Assembly: GCF_009914755.1 (NCBI RefSeq)
Contig: NC_060932.1
DNA: 64,000 nucleotides
Reading direction: 5' to 3' (one strand)
Origin: the human T2T-CHM13v2.0 reference genome, Homo sapiens
The stretch's first letter is position 1. Each line of letters opens with the position of its first letter. Under the pieces are notes generated by a model. That model did no database searches. It was not told where the DNA came from and worked only from the letters and a program-made list of their open reading frames with translations. The position numbers and the translations under genes are program-made. This document shows, piece by piece, positions 44,781-59,955 of this stretch.

Positions 44781-45110
<330 letters not shown>

Positions 45111-46224
45111 AGTTTGCAAACCATTTTTGCAAACAAAATTTTCTAGTCAGTTTTCCAGGTATGGTGTGAAAAAAGAAAGAAAATGATATTTGTTAAACTT
45201 GCATATTATTAGAATAATACCCATCTCTCTGTGTATGAGAAAGTCCAAAACAGTCATGAGGTAATCACTTCATCCTCCACAGCCCCAGGAAGAGAAATGA
45301 GCTTGGCCTTCCTGGTTTGAGAATGGGTGCTGGCTGAGGAGGGAGCTAATTTCTTATCATGTTATATCTAAATTCATATTATTGTGAGGCATTATCAAGT
45401 TTGCTGTATGGGCTGTGTAGTGAACCTTAATAAGTTCATTTCAGTTTAAATAAAGTATGTTGTACACCTGTGAAGTACAAAATATTAAGGTGTGTATGGC
45501 CTGAAAGGGTGGAAAGAGGATAATGACAATACATGACACAATAGCAGAATAAACAGTCATATGGATTATTTTCCAATATTTCATTATTGTGATGGGTCAG
45601 ATCCCTGAGGCATGGGTTTCTCACAGCCTGGACATCCTCAAATATGGAAATTGTCTACTGTAGACAAAAAGAAAGCTTTTTGCAGTATTTTGCCCCAATT
45701 GTCTCTTTGAACCTAGAGAAGCAGCGGGGCACATGTGGCGAGCGCAGAGTTGCTGTGACTGAAGCGCGGAGCTGGGAAGAGTAAGGGAGGGAAGAGGCTC
45801 CTTGGGCAGCATTCTGCCACTGGCAACTGGACACCACTCGGTTAGGAGGAAGAACAAGTCTGTATTTTCTCTTGTCCTTCTTCCTCATATTTATTCATTT
45901 CTCCCTCTTACATTCCTAATACTCTTGCTTCCAGGCTGTATAACAGCTTGGTTTGAGCAGGGAATTCTTCCCACAATGGAAAGAATCTTCTGCAACGGAC
46001 ATCAGCCATTTTGCTTGTATTCAAGGACACAGAGATGCTTTTAGGTAAAAGTGATTTATCATTAGAATCATTAAACGTGAAAAGTAGTTCTATGATGTTA
46101 CCAACCTTAGATCGCTGATGCTGGGGATTGAAGGAAAAATCATTATTAAAATATTCACATAATATATAATACAGGCCATACAAAAATGTATGTCTAATAT
46201 TCATTATTCGATTTTATTCATGCA

Positions 46225-46470
46225 TCAATTGATTACATAGCATACGCTGTGTGTCAGATACAATTCTAGGCATTTTTATCACTAGTAACTCATTGAGTCT
46301 TTACATCAACCCTACCGAATAGGTACTGTTGTCATCATCCTCATCTTGCATATGAAGAAACTGAGGTCCAGAGAGATGAAGTATATTGCCCAAAGTCAAA
46401 CAGAGTTGGGACTCAGATCCATACAACCTGGCTGCAGAGTCCTTACCATTAATTGTTATGCCATGCTGCT
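46225..46470 (-). mobile_element. MIR
   Basis: tatgaagaaactgaggtccagagagatgaagtatattgcccaaagtca. Confidence 0.8.
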
Positions 46471-47303
46471 GTAATGGTGACTAACGAATATTTGGGAAAA
46501 GAGTTTCATAGCTCATCGTAGCTGCTAATTTGATTCCACTTACTTCATGGTATCCAACATTTGGGGAGTGTTTAAAGAGTGGTCAGCTGCTGAAAACACT
46601 GGTAGGGATTTAAGGGCCTGGCAGTACAGATAACTTGAAGACCCTCCAGCTACCAACACCAAGAATTGCTCAATAAATTATAACTAACATCCTTATAAAT
46701 ACAGGGCTGAGCTGCTAAGAAAAGCAGAAAAATTGCCTTCGGCCAGAAATGAAGAAGAAACTAAAAATCAGGACAGCAAACTGCAAAGCTGATGCTGTGT
46801 CTGCTCTGGGATATTTATTGCTCTAAGTAACATAGGTGCTGAAACAATACCAGTGTACAGATGGGGAGAATTGGGACTGAGGCTCGCATCTTCTAGAGTG
46901 TTCTTTCTTTGGTATGAGGATTTGAGCAACAGGAACCCTCAAAAGTTGTGGGAAGAATGATAAATTTATACAACTGCTTTGAAGAGCAATGTGACAATGC
47001 CTGATGAATTTGAACATGCCCATCCTTATGACCAAACAATTCCTTTGGCAGATTAATACCCCCGAGAAATTCTAGGCCGTGCAAAAATTCAGACATGAAC
47101 AAGAATTTTATTGCAGCATTGTTTGCATTAGTAAAAACTTGGAACAGGAGAATGGATAAATGAGTTGTGCTCTAATCACACAATGGAATATGCAGAGCAG
47201 TGAAAATCAATGTACCATAGACATGTATCATCAGGGATAATTCTCAAAGCTTCACTTTCATGGAAAAAGCAAGGCAAGCTGCAGGATATTTGCAGAACTG
47301 AGC

Positions 47304-48550
47304 TGTAGAGGTAAAAAGCGTGTGATATCTTTCTTCACCCCTCATAAGGGTCCCAGTCAACACTGCTATAACAAAAGACAACTTAACAGGAGAAAAGCAC
47401 ATACAAAAATGACTTACTTAAAGTTTTATGTGACATGGAAGCCTTTGGAATGAAGATCCAAAGGTACAAGAAAAAATATCCATTTTTATGCTTAGGTTGA
47501 ATGAAGAATGAATAGCTGTATAAAAACTTCATTGGAAAAAAGGGTGTGATCCAGCAGACTGAGATGAGAAAACCCAGTAAGGCATGTCCAGATTCTTCTT
47601 GGCCTCTCAGTGGCATTCCCTCCACCTGGGTATGAAGCAAGAACCCTCTACAGTAGGAGTCTTATGACCTATTATCAGACAAGGGTAGGTCAGAGAATTC
47701 CTTTATGGCCAGCTCCTAGACAGAAAGGTAGGAGGTGAGAAGGTTAGCCTTGTATTCCTTGTAGGTTATTCCTTGTATTCATGGCTGACTTGGGCAATAG
47801 GGGTTCTAGTTTCTATGACCTGCCTTGGGGAAGAGGAATTCTGGTTTCTGTGACTTGCTTCCAGGGAGACTCAAGGATGAGAGACAGGAGGGCAGGAGAA
47901 GGTCAGAGTGACCCTGGTCCTGAGACTGCTTCTGAGGCCCTTCAGATGTCCTTTAGATCAGTAGTCCCTCTCCTTTTTGGGACCAGGGACTGGTTTTGTT
48001 GAAGACAATTTTTCCATGGACTGGGGAGGGGGTGGTTTCAGGATAATTCAAGAGCATTACACTTACTGTGCACTTTATTTCTATGATTATTACATTATAA
48101 TATATAATAAAATAAGTATACAACTCACCATAATGTAGAATCAGTGGGATCCCTGAGCTTGTTTTCCTGCAACTAGATGGTCCCATCTAGGGATGGTGGG
48201 AGACAGTGACAGATCATCAGGCATTAGATTCTCATAAGAACCTTGCACCCTAGACCCTTCCACATGTGCAGTTCATAACAGGGTTTATGCTCCTATGAGA
48301 ATCTAATGCCACCACTGATCTGACAGGAGGCAGAGCTCAGGCGGTAATGCGAGTGACGGGAAGTGGCTATAAATACAGATGAAGCTTTGCTTGCTTACTG
48401 CCGCTCACCTCCTCCTGTGAGGCGCGATCACCAACAGGTCATGGACTGGTGCTGGTCTGTCGCCTGGGGGTTGGGGGCCCCTGCTTTAGTTGGAAGTGCT
48501 CAGCAGGCCAAAGTGCTATACTTTGGATTATCATTTTTTGAACCCCAACA
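47304..48550 (-). mobile_element. ERV1 LTR (MER39-like) interrupted by MER1
   Basis: Reverse complement begins tgttggggttcaaaaaatgataatccaaag; flanks gagc/aagc. Confidence 0.75.
47959..48483 (+). mobile_element. MER1A-like hAT-Charlie element, 8-bp TSD ctttagat/ctttagtt
   Basis: cag...ctg termini; gaagacaatttttccatgg; 8-bp TSD typical of hAT. Confidence 0.88.
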
Positions 48551-49202
48551 AAGCCTAATGCTGAACTGTAGAGGATCAGAAAGAAATTTTAAAAAATGTA
48601 ATCCTTAACCTCAAGAAAGGAAGAAAGGACAAAACAAAAAGGACTTTTAATTACTCCTCTCAAAAATGAAAGCAACACCAGTGTTGCAGATGTAATTGGC
48701 TTCCTTTTGGCCCAGCTCCCACTCTGCACACGGGCAGACCCTCAACACAGAGCCCACGCATAGCAAGAAAGACAGAAGGAGTTCTTACTGAATATTTCCC
48801 AAGTACAGGGGGGAAGTAAACTAAGGCAAAAATTACACAAAATTGTGTTTATATATCTTGTTTAGTTCACCGAAATTCAAATCAACTCAACATAGCTCTC
48901 TTTCTCTTCACAGTGCATTTTTGCTGCTTTCTGGCCTCACCCAGTGTCTCATTTTCTAAAGCCACACAGATGCACATAGCTCCAAACTAATGCATAGTTA
49001 TTAAACTCCCCTTTGCTTTTAAACTTGCATTTTTGCTCCATTTTGTGGCTCACTAAATGAAAGCTCCTTTTTGAAATCTTTTTATAATTGTGTGTGTGTG
49101 TGTGTGTGTTTCATAACAACATATTTTTTTCACAGTTTAAAAAAAAAATCTAGGATCCAAGAGGACCTTAGAATCAACAAAAATTAACAATTACTGTTAA
49201 TT

Positions 49203-49516
<314 letters not shown>

Positions 49517-49529
49517 TAATTCTTAAAAT

Positions 49530-52160
49530 AACATCTTTGTTGAGATATACTTCACATACCAGACAAGTCACCTATTTAAAGTGTACAATTGAATAGCTTT
49601 TAGTATATTCACAGAGTTGTGCAACCTTCAGCAAAATAAATTTTAGAACATTTTCATCACACCAAAAAGAAACTGTAAGCCCATTAGTGGTCATTTCCAT
49701 TCCTCCCCCTGTTACTGTCCTGCCCTCACACCTGTCACCCTGCAACACTTTCCTGCCTTCCTACCAGCCCTAGGCAACCACTAATCTACTTTCTGTCTCT
49801 GCAGACTTGCCTACTGTGGTTATTTTATATCAATGGAATCATACAATACATGGTGTTTTTGTGACTGGTTTCTTTGACTTGGTATAATGTTTTCAAGGTT
49901 CATCCATGGTGTAGCATGTATTGGTACTACATTCATTTGAATCACAAAATAATATTTCATTATATGGACATACCACATTTTATATAGCCTTTTATCAAGT
50001 GATAGATATTTGGGTATTTGGATTGTTTTCACTTTTTGGCTGTTATGAATATTGCTGCTACCAACACTCATGGATAAGTTTTCATGTGGTCACGCATTTT
50101 CATTTTTCTTGGGTATAAACCTAGGGGTGGAATTGCTGGATCACTCAGTCAGTCGACATTTAACCTTTTGAGAAACTACCAGACTTTTTCAAAGCAGTTC
50201 CACCAGCAGTTTATGAGAGTTCCAGTTTTTGGACACTTTGCCAGTGCTGTCTTTTTTATTATGTAGCGCTGTCCTAGTGAGTGTGAAGTGGTATAACATT
50301 GTGGTTTTGATCTGCATTTCCCTAATGGATAATGGTGTTAGGCATGCATTTCTGTGTTTATTGGCCATGTGTATATCTTCTTTGGAGAAGTAACTATTCA
50401 GCCACGTTGACTTTTTTAATTGGGCCATTTGTCATTTTTATTATTGAGTGATAAGAATTATTTATATATTGGAGAAACAAGTTCCTTATCAGATACATGA
50501 TTTGAAAATATTTTCTCCCATTTTTTGATTTTCTTTTCACTTTCTTGATGGTGTTCTTTGCATAAAAAGGTGTTTATTTTGATGATATCCAATTTATGTT
50601 TTTGTCATTTGTTCTTTTGGTATTATATCTAAGAAAACATTATTTAACCCAATGTCACCATGATGTATGCCTCTTTTTTCCTATAAAAGAGTTATAGCTT
50701 TAGCTCTTAGATTTAAGTCTTTGATCCATTTTGAGTTAATTTTTGTATCTAATGTGAGGTACAGGTTCAATTTCATTCTTTTACATGTAGATATCCAGTT
50801 GTCTGAGCACAATTTGATGAAAATATTATTCTTTCTCTATTGAATTGTCTTGATACTCATATCTAAAATCATTTGACCACACATGTGAGACTTTATTTCT
50901 AGACTCTCAATTCTATTCCATCGATATATATGTCTGTCTCTATGCCAGTACCACACTGCTTTAATTGCTGTAGAACTTGGTAGTAAGTTTTGAAATTGGA
51001 AGTGTGAGTCTTCCAATTTTGTTCAAGATTGTTTTGGTTATTCTGGGTCTTTGCATTTCCATATGATTTCAGGATTAGCTTGCCAATTTCTGCAAAAAAA
51101 AATCCAGTTGGAATTTTTAAGAGAATTGTATTAAATATGTAGATCAACTTGGGGAGCGTTGCCATCTTAACAATAGTAAGTCTTCCAATTCATGAACACA
51201 TAATATCTTTCATTTTATCTTTTTCTTGAGACAGAGTCTTGCTCTGTCACCCAGGCTGGAGTGCAGTGGCACAATCTCGGCTCACTGCAGCCTCTGCCTC
51301 CCCGTTTAAGTGATTGCCTTGCCCCAGCCTCCCAATTAGCTGGGACTACAGGCATCTGCCACCACACAGGGCTACATTTTATCTTTCATTTAGATCTTCT
51401 TTCATTTATTTCACCAATGTTTTGTAGTTTTCGGAGAATAAGTTTTATACTACTTTTTTTTTTTTTTTTTTGAGACAAGATGTTACTCTGTTGCCCAGGC
51501 TGGAGTGCGGTGACACAAACATGGCTCACTGCAGCCTTGACCTTGCAGGCTCAGACGATACTCCCACCTCAGCACTGTGCCCTGTCCCCTTCACCCTTCC
51601 TCATCTCCCACCACCCCACCCCTGCTCCCAGGTAGCTAGGACTCCAGGCATGCCCTACCACACCTGGCTAATTTTTTGTATTTTTTGTAGACACAAGGTT
51701 TTGCCATATTGTCTGGTCTGGTCTTGAACTCCTGATCTCAAGCAATCCTCCTGCCTTGGCCTCCCAAATTGCTGGGATTACAGTCATAAACCACCGCATC
51801 CGGTCCATGCTACTTTTGTTAAATATATTTCTAAGTTTTTCACTTGTTTTTGATGCTGTTGTAAATAGAATCATTTTGTTAATTTCATGGGATATTTTTG
51901 TTCATTGAAGATGTATAGAGATATGGTTGCTTTTTGCATGTTATCTTGTAGCCTGCAACTTTTCTAAACTCCTTTATTGGTTCCAATAGTTTTTTTTTTT
52001 TTGATGGATTTTTTAGGATTATATATACACAAGATCATGTCATTTGCAAATAGAGATAGTTTAACTTCTTCCTTTGCAATCAGGATGATTTTTATTTCCT
52101 TTTCTTTCCTAATTGCCCTGGCTAGAACCTCTAATACAATGTTGAATAGAAGTGGTAAGA
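49530..52160 (-). mobile_element. L1MB-like 3' end plus ORF2, with nested Alus (51220-51375, 51453-51805)
   Basis: ccctaggcaaccactaatctactttctgtctct; minus ORF 50899-51165 MATLPKLIYIFNTILLKIP. Confidence 0.85.
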
Positions 52161-53522
52161 TGTCATTTTAAGCCTGTGTTTCTCCCAGATTATTTTCTTG
52201 CTTATGATTTGCTGTAAGGTAGTAAAATAAAAGAGCTGTTTCTTCTTTTCTTAGGAGCAGTAAAAGAAGAATGAGTGTGGCAAACCACACACTGCTCTAC
52301 AGCCGCTGTCTGAGAAAAGTTAAAAGGGAGAAAGAGTAAATGGTCACCATGAGCAACAGGAAAGCAAGGAAAGCAAACTGGGGCTCTGGCTCCTCTTTCA
52401 GAAACCAACAGGAGTGCAGAGACTGGTTGAGCCTGAAGTATGGTCTTGAGAATTAACAATATGAAAGTTTGTGTCAGTTCCTTTTTAAAGTGTAAAGCTG
52501 ATTCTTTCTAGAATATGCACCAACTTATACAGGATTACCACACAACCAAGGGTGTTTAGATCACAGAAGTTTGGGCTGGAGAAAAAACATCATTAAAAAC
52601 CCTCAAACTTTTGTTGGTTGTTTTTATGTAATCCACGGACATCAAAAATCAAATTCATCAATATTGGGTATTAAATGATCTTAATTATAAGAATATATTT
52701 CTTTAAACCAGGCTTAGGAAGTTTGTGATATGTTAATGTCTTTTTCTTGAGTTTGGAAATAAATATGTATCATCACTTTTAAATGTATTATCATGTCAAC
52801 AATTACTTTCAAACTAGTTTTTTTTTCTGTTTTTCTTCTCCTTTTTTTGATATTGGCATTTGAAGGCCATCAGCTTATTAAATAATAACCTTTTATTCAA
52901 CTGGTCATTTAAATCTCCAGTTTTTCTTGAGTGGCAGAATGGTGAAATGGAAGCTATTTTAGACTAGAGATAAGACAAATGAGAGAGTCAGACCAATGTT
53001 TTTGTGGCCAGACTTTGCTTCCCTTTAAATTGGGGGAAAGGAAGAGGAGGAAATATGAATAACTTCTGAAATATCTTCCAATGTAGTCAACAATGACATA
53101 GGTAATATTTACTGAGCATTTACTCCTCGGTAGGCATCGAGCTACGTGTTGACATATTCTCAAGCAAACCTCACAACAACTCCTTGGTATAGGCCTATTA
53201 GTATTGTTTAATTTTCTGTCAGAGAGAAATGAAGCTTAGAGAGGAACTTGCCAAAATTCAAAGCTGGTATGTACTAGAACCAGGATTCAAATCCATGGAA
53301 GTCTATTCTGTGTTCTTTTGTGTAATGTTTACTCATCAGTGGACCCTACTTTATATGGGTAGGCTCTAGTAGCCTAGCATCTGAACCTGGGATGATCGAG
53401 GCAGAGGAATATTGTCTCCTGGAGTGTGCCGGTCAGATAGACGAGATGTGACCCTGGACTGGTTATTTTTTACATCAAAGACGATGCTTCCTGAGCTGTT
53501 TGTTGTCTCTAAGAATTGACTA

Positions 53523-53877
<355 letters not shown>

Positions 53878-54125
53878 TTATATTCCAGAGTCTATAAGTT
53901 TTAAGTATTCTCCAATATCACTTCTTGTATTCTAAAAAAATTGTCAGTGAGAAATTAGTAACAAAAAATATATTACAATGTGCAAACACCTTTTCATGTT
54001 GTTGAAATGTATGAGATTGATCAGTTGCTTTACAAGTCCATTAAACAACATTATTAACTATGCTTCTAGATGCAAATAGCTTTGAATGTAAAAACATTAC
54101 AACAATAATATAAAGAAATTGAAGT

Positions 54126-54505
54126 GTTACTGGATCCTGACAAAAAGTCTCTCCTTGACTATACTTTAGTCAGGCTCCTCTTAATACTCTTCTCAACTAT
54201 ATATCAACTTTTGGGCTGCTTTGTCCACCTTTGCATCGCCCAGTTTTAACAAAAATTCTGCTAAATTGGTTTAGCCACAATCCCCCGCTTATCCCTAATG
54301 TTTCCTCTTAATAATTTTTCATCCAATGACTTCTACTCTTTATTTTGGCTATGAAGTCTCACTTTTTCTTGTTGTGTTTTGAGTTGAGCCCAATCTCTGT
54401 CCCTTACTGCAAAACCCCATAGCAGTAGTCCCCATACTTATTGCAATAGTCCTGAATAAAATCTACTTTACATTTTAACAAGCGTCATGAATAATGTTTT
54501 AAACA
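54126..54505 (+). mobile_element. ERV1 LTR (MER31-like, tentative)
   Basis: aaagtctctccttgac...tttagtcaggctcctc...ctgaataaa. Confidence 0.6.
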
Positions 54506-56846
54506 GTATTCAAAACAGTAGCAATTGAAATTGGCCCTGTGTAATAAGATAACATATATTTTGGAATCAGACTGATTTGTATTTGAATTTTGGCTTTTCC
54601 ATCAACTAGTTTGATATGTTATCGAATGCTATTGACCTCAGTTTTCTCATCTGTAAAATGCAGAATGAACTGTAGGCAGTCATGGGTCACACACTTGTCA
54701 GCAAGTAACTGACCCGTATTTCAATCTCAAGTTTCACACCAAAGCCATTTCAGCTGTCTTAGAGAAAATTACACTCCAAGCGAGATTAAAAATGTCAAAG
54801 GGCACCTAAATATCAGCACAAGTTCTGAACAAATGTAAAGAAAGATAATTTGTTGTGGGGAGCAGAGAGAACACACTTTAGAAAACTTTTCTCATATATT
54901 TCATTCCATGGGATGCCATTCTATTGCTGCCTAATTTTAATTTATCATTGGAGGGAGACTTTTGAAATTAAATATCAATGAAATGTATAAGATTTACCAT
55001 ATTACCTTGTCCTGTTTGAATCCTGAAATATCCTTACTGTCATTGTTTTATTAAAGACACATGTTTAATGTGATGTCATTTTATGAAAGCTAATGATTGA
55101 AAAGGAGAAAAAATGATTTTCTTTTGATAATACTTTTGGCAAATCACATCATATGAGTTAATATATGTTGAGAGTGGAAAATACCCATCCTAAGGTATAT
55201 AAAATCTTGGGTTTGGTGACAATGATTTGATATAAAAATATGCCTAGGAATATGAAGGGTCAAGGGTAAGCTATTACAGACAAAAGAATGTTAGAATATG
55301 TTTTAGAAACTGAATGTCGCAGAAAACATTTTTCAACTTCAGTAGGAACCTTAGTTTGTCTTTAGACATCACAATTGTGCACAAATGTTTCAGGCTTAGG
55401 CTGCAAGGTAAGTGAAACTTCCTTTAAAAAAGACAGGAAGGAAGTAATAAAGGAAGAGAAGGAAAGAGAAAAGTGACAAATTGAAGAGGAGAGGCTCAGA
55501 GAAAGACATAAAGACAAATCAATGCTGTTATCTTACTGAAACATTTACTATATTTAAGTACTTCAAAAATACTTAGGTTTTTTTAAACAAAATTAATTAT
55601 ACTTCATTATGCATATATAAAAGGAACTTAAGTATAAATGACTGAGAACTTGACTATGCCTCTGAGTTACCTAATAAGTTACCAGCATTTTACTCATTCA
55701 TTCTTTCTTTGTTTATTCTTCTATCTCTCCACTCATTCATCATTCATTCATTGAATATTTGGTTTCCTAATCCTCCCAGACAAAGCTAGTAAGTTTAGTT
55801 CCCGGTCTTTATGACCCCATCATAAATCTTTTGTGGCAGATATATGATAAGTAAGTGTATTTCCCTGACCTTTGTGGAAACTTAGCGTATCCTTAGACAT
55901 CAGTAAATTATCTCTCTCCCAGGACTGAGACCATCTGAGGGTTGAGGGGTGGGTCTTATCCATAGGTAATGGGCTAACGACATCTGCTTTGGAAGAAGAG
56001 CTTTGCTGACTACTTTGAGTATTATAGTTTCCAGGGTGTTTTTGCAGAAAGCTAAGTCATCCTTCTATTTTATTTTATTTTTAAAATTTAAATTTCCTCT
56101 AGGTAATGGTGGTTCCACTAATTCTGCTAAAAGTACCTTTAACCCTTAGTGCAGAGGTTGTTGTAATGTGCTTCCTTATGAACAAGCATTAGCTGACATT
56201 TACAGATATCCGAGTTTGAGAAATAGGTCCCATGTTGCTTATTCCTTGATAGTGAGACTAGAGCAATAGTATATCCTGTCCTAGGCAGAGTGTCGGGCTC
56301 CCCAGGGTGCACACCGAGTAGAATTGTTTTGCCTTATGACATCGTCTTTTGTTTGCTTAGTTGCTCTTATTTCCTCCTCCTTTCCAATAAATTCAGTATC
56401 ATGTTACAGTATCCTATAACAGTTTTCATGGCTCAAGGTTTTGTTTTTTCCTTCCAACAAAGACTCTTGAAAAATCAAGACAATACGCTCTCGGAAATTA
56501 TAAGCAAAAAGCATATCAGGTTTAACAGACTATGGGCAATTAACATCAAGGGTATCTACATAGTCTGATATCTATAGATTTCCTTTAAATGATTCATAAC
56601 AACAAAAATTAACATGTTATAAAATGCATTTACATAAAGTCTTTTAGATGGAGATTGCTTATATACAGTCCACATATTAAAAAATTAAAAAATAAATATT
56701 AAAACCTAATGAGTAAAGGCAGAAATTAAAGAGATAGAAATGTAATTTCAGAAGGCTGAATGGCAGGATTTCACAAGCTGGCACCATCATTTGAGTTGTC
56801 AATTTAGTAGATCCAGTAAGTTGATATTTTCCACACAGTTAGAACC

Positions 56847-57166
<320 letters not shown>

Positions 57167-57394
57167 TTAGCTATTATTCAAACTCACAAGAGACAACATA
57201 TTCATTTAGTATGGAGCCAGAAAGTTACCCCGTTATCTGCTACCCATACTACTTCCCTTCCCATACCCACACACTGGGGAAGTCAAACTAGTCATCAAAA
57301 CACAGCTTGGTCAGAACTAATCCAAAGCAAAGGGAATCAGACTGATTTGTACTTGAATTGGTACTCTTGCAACCTTGACAGTGGGGGTTTAATA

Positions 57395-57605
57395 CATCAC
57401 TGGGGTTCAAGATACTCTGCTACTTACTAGCTATGACCTTGGGCAAGTTACTTACCTGGTAAGTGTCTCAGTTTCCTCATCTAAAAAAATGGGAATAATA
57501 GTAGTACCTACTTCATGATGTTGTTTTGAGAATTAAATGAGTTGAGGGAGTGTATAAAGTGCTGTTATCAATACCTAGTACATAGTAAATGCTGTATGTG
57601 AGCTC
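57395..57605 (+). mobile_element. MIR
   Basis: cttactagctatgaccttgggcaagttactta...ctcagtttcctcatct. Confidence 0.88.
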
Positions 57606-59074
57606 ATTTGCATTAGTTGTGGGAGGCATTTCGGGCAAAAATGAAGAAAACTCTCTATGTGCACCTCCCTTTTATGGCCAGATTATTCATATGTGCTGGG
57701 TTCCTTGGAAAGATATTTTTCCCTTTTTGTTACAAAGTGGCAAGGTGAAACCAAAACAGAAAGAGGATAAGTATGCTTCAGGGATAGAAGTCTAAATTCA
57801 AGAAATCCATATAGAACATCTCTGCTCTCTGACTTCAACATTTAATTAATTTCAATGGATTACATTGCTAATACTTCCTAATTGGGTCAACTGGACTTCA
57901 CCACTGTTCCCTCATCTCTCCGAAACCTATTTGTGTAAGGAACTGTGCAAGGTGTCTTACAAATGGAGTTGGACAATGGCTTTAGTGAATTCTATAAATT
58001 GGATTCTGTACATCTGTAAATTATGCTGACAGGCACTTCTATAACACAATGAGGTCAAAACAGTCTCACCGAAAATGGTCTTTTCATGCTGTATCCAACC
58101 CAAAAACGGCGAAAGGATCCTAAAGGTACCATGGCATATGTGCAGAAAAAGTTGATAAATTCAATCCAAGACAATGGTTACCTTTCAGCCAATTTTAAAG
58201 GGACTACCTAATACAAATCTTAAAACTTATAGTAATAGTACCTTAATTAAAGATATTTTATGAAGAACCTACTATGCGAAAATATACTGTGTTACACACT
58301 GTAAAGTAAAAGAAAATTATTAAGATACAGTTCATGATTTTAGAGAGTTTGCAGTTTAAAAGAGAGACCAAAATATGCATGCAATTGACTAAAGGAAACA
58401 AAACAGAGTATAAATGCCATGAGTCAGAGGCAAAGTTTAGACTGAAAGAACATAGCTGGACTGAATTGATATTCTAAAATTCAATTCATTCATTTAATTG
58501 CTATTTCTGGAGTATCTACTATGTGCCAAGTCATGAGACATAGCTGTTCCCACAAAGGGGTGCTAATATCTATAAACTCAATTTTTGACTAGTTTCCAGG
58601 TTACAGGGTAGAGAGCAGAAATAGCTTCAGCTTTAGAGTTAGAAAAACCTGAACTAAAACCTTGCCCTACCAATGATACATTGGGTGACTTGGGTAAATA
58701 ATTTGTCATCTCTTAGCTTCATGTCAGATATCAGAGTGTCATCTTTGATTTCCTCCTCTAACTTCATCCTTCATTTAGTTAATCAACATTAGTCCTTTAC
58801 TATGTCTGGAATCCATCCCATCCCCGTTAACCCTATATCTTAAGTCCTAACAATAACCCCATGATTTGTTACAGATTCTGTAGCCTAACAAGTCACTTCT
58901 CATTATCCACAAGATGTAAGTCTATTGTTCTTAACAAGGCATTTAGGACTTTCAATGAGCTGAACTCTGCTTACATTTTTAACCTCACATGAAAATAATA
59001 CTCCTCCACATATACTTTACATATCTTTAACTACCAGCCTGTTGGGTGTCTCTGTGCCTCTGTACATGCTATCT

Positions 59075-59330
59075 TTTTTAAAAAAGAAATAGAATCTTGC
59101 TTTGTTTAGGCTGGAGTGCAGTGGTGCAATTACTGCAACCTCAAACTCCTGGGCTCAACAGATCCTCCTACCTCAGCCTCATGAGTAGCTGAGACTACTA
59201 TTTTATTGTTAATAGAGACAAAGTCTCGCTATCCTGCCCGGGCTGGTCTCAAATTACTGGGCTCAAGTGATCCTTCTGTCTTGGTCTACCAAAGTGCTGG
59301 GGTTACAGGTGTGAGCCACCAAGCCCAGCA
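59075..59330 (-). mobile_element. Degenerate AluJ
   Basis: ggctggagtgcagtgg...caaagtgctggggttacaggtgtgagccacc. Confidence 0.85.
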
Positions 59331-59659
59331 TCTGATGCCATTATTTATATATATGCCGATTGCCTCAACAAGACGAAGCAACTGAGGACAAAGACAAAGC
59401 CTTTCACCTTTGAATTCCCAGTCTTAACATAATGTCTGTCACTGAGAAGCTATGCAATAAATGTTTATTGTAGTAATGAAGCCATGTTTAGGGATAAATA
59501 GAAAGAACCAAGAAGTGCTTTATGAAGGAGGTGATATTTAATGTTGGCCTTGAAAAGCTTTGAAAATACTCCCTGAATTTTAAATGTGCAATTTTGGGAT
59601 GCTCAGAGTTTTAACATACATAAATGGGTATGCATATCCTCATGTTGCTCTTCTTTCTT

Positions 59660-59955
59660 TGTCTCTTGCTCTCTTTCTTCCTTTCTTTCTTTTGACTGAG
59701 TCTTGTTGTATGGCCCAGCCTAGATGCAGTGGCACACTCATAGTTCACTGCAGCCTCAAACTGCAGCTCAAGGGTCCTGCTGTCTCAGTTTTCCCAGTAG
59801 CTGGAACTATAAGTGTGCACCACTATGCCCAGCTAATTAAAAAAAACAATTTGTTTTAGAAATGGGGTCTTTTTATGTTGCCCAGTCTTGAACTGCTGGC
59901 CTCAAGTGATCCTTCCACATAATTGGGATTACAGACGTGAGCCTTTGTACTTGGC
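59660..59955 (-). mobile_element. Degenerate AluJ
   Basis: Two Alu arms, diverged. Confidence 0.8.
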
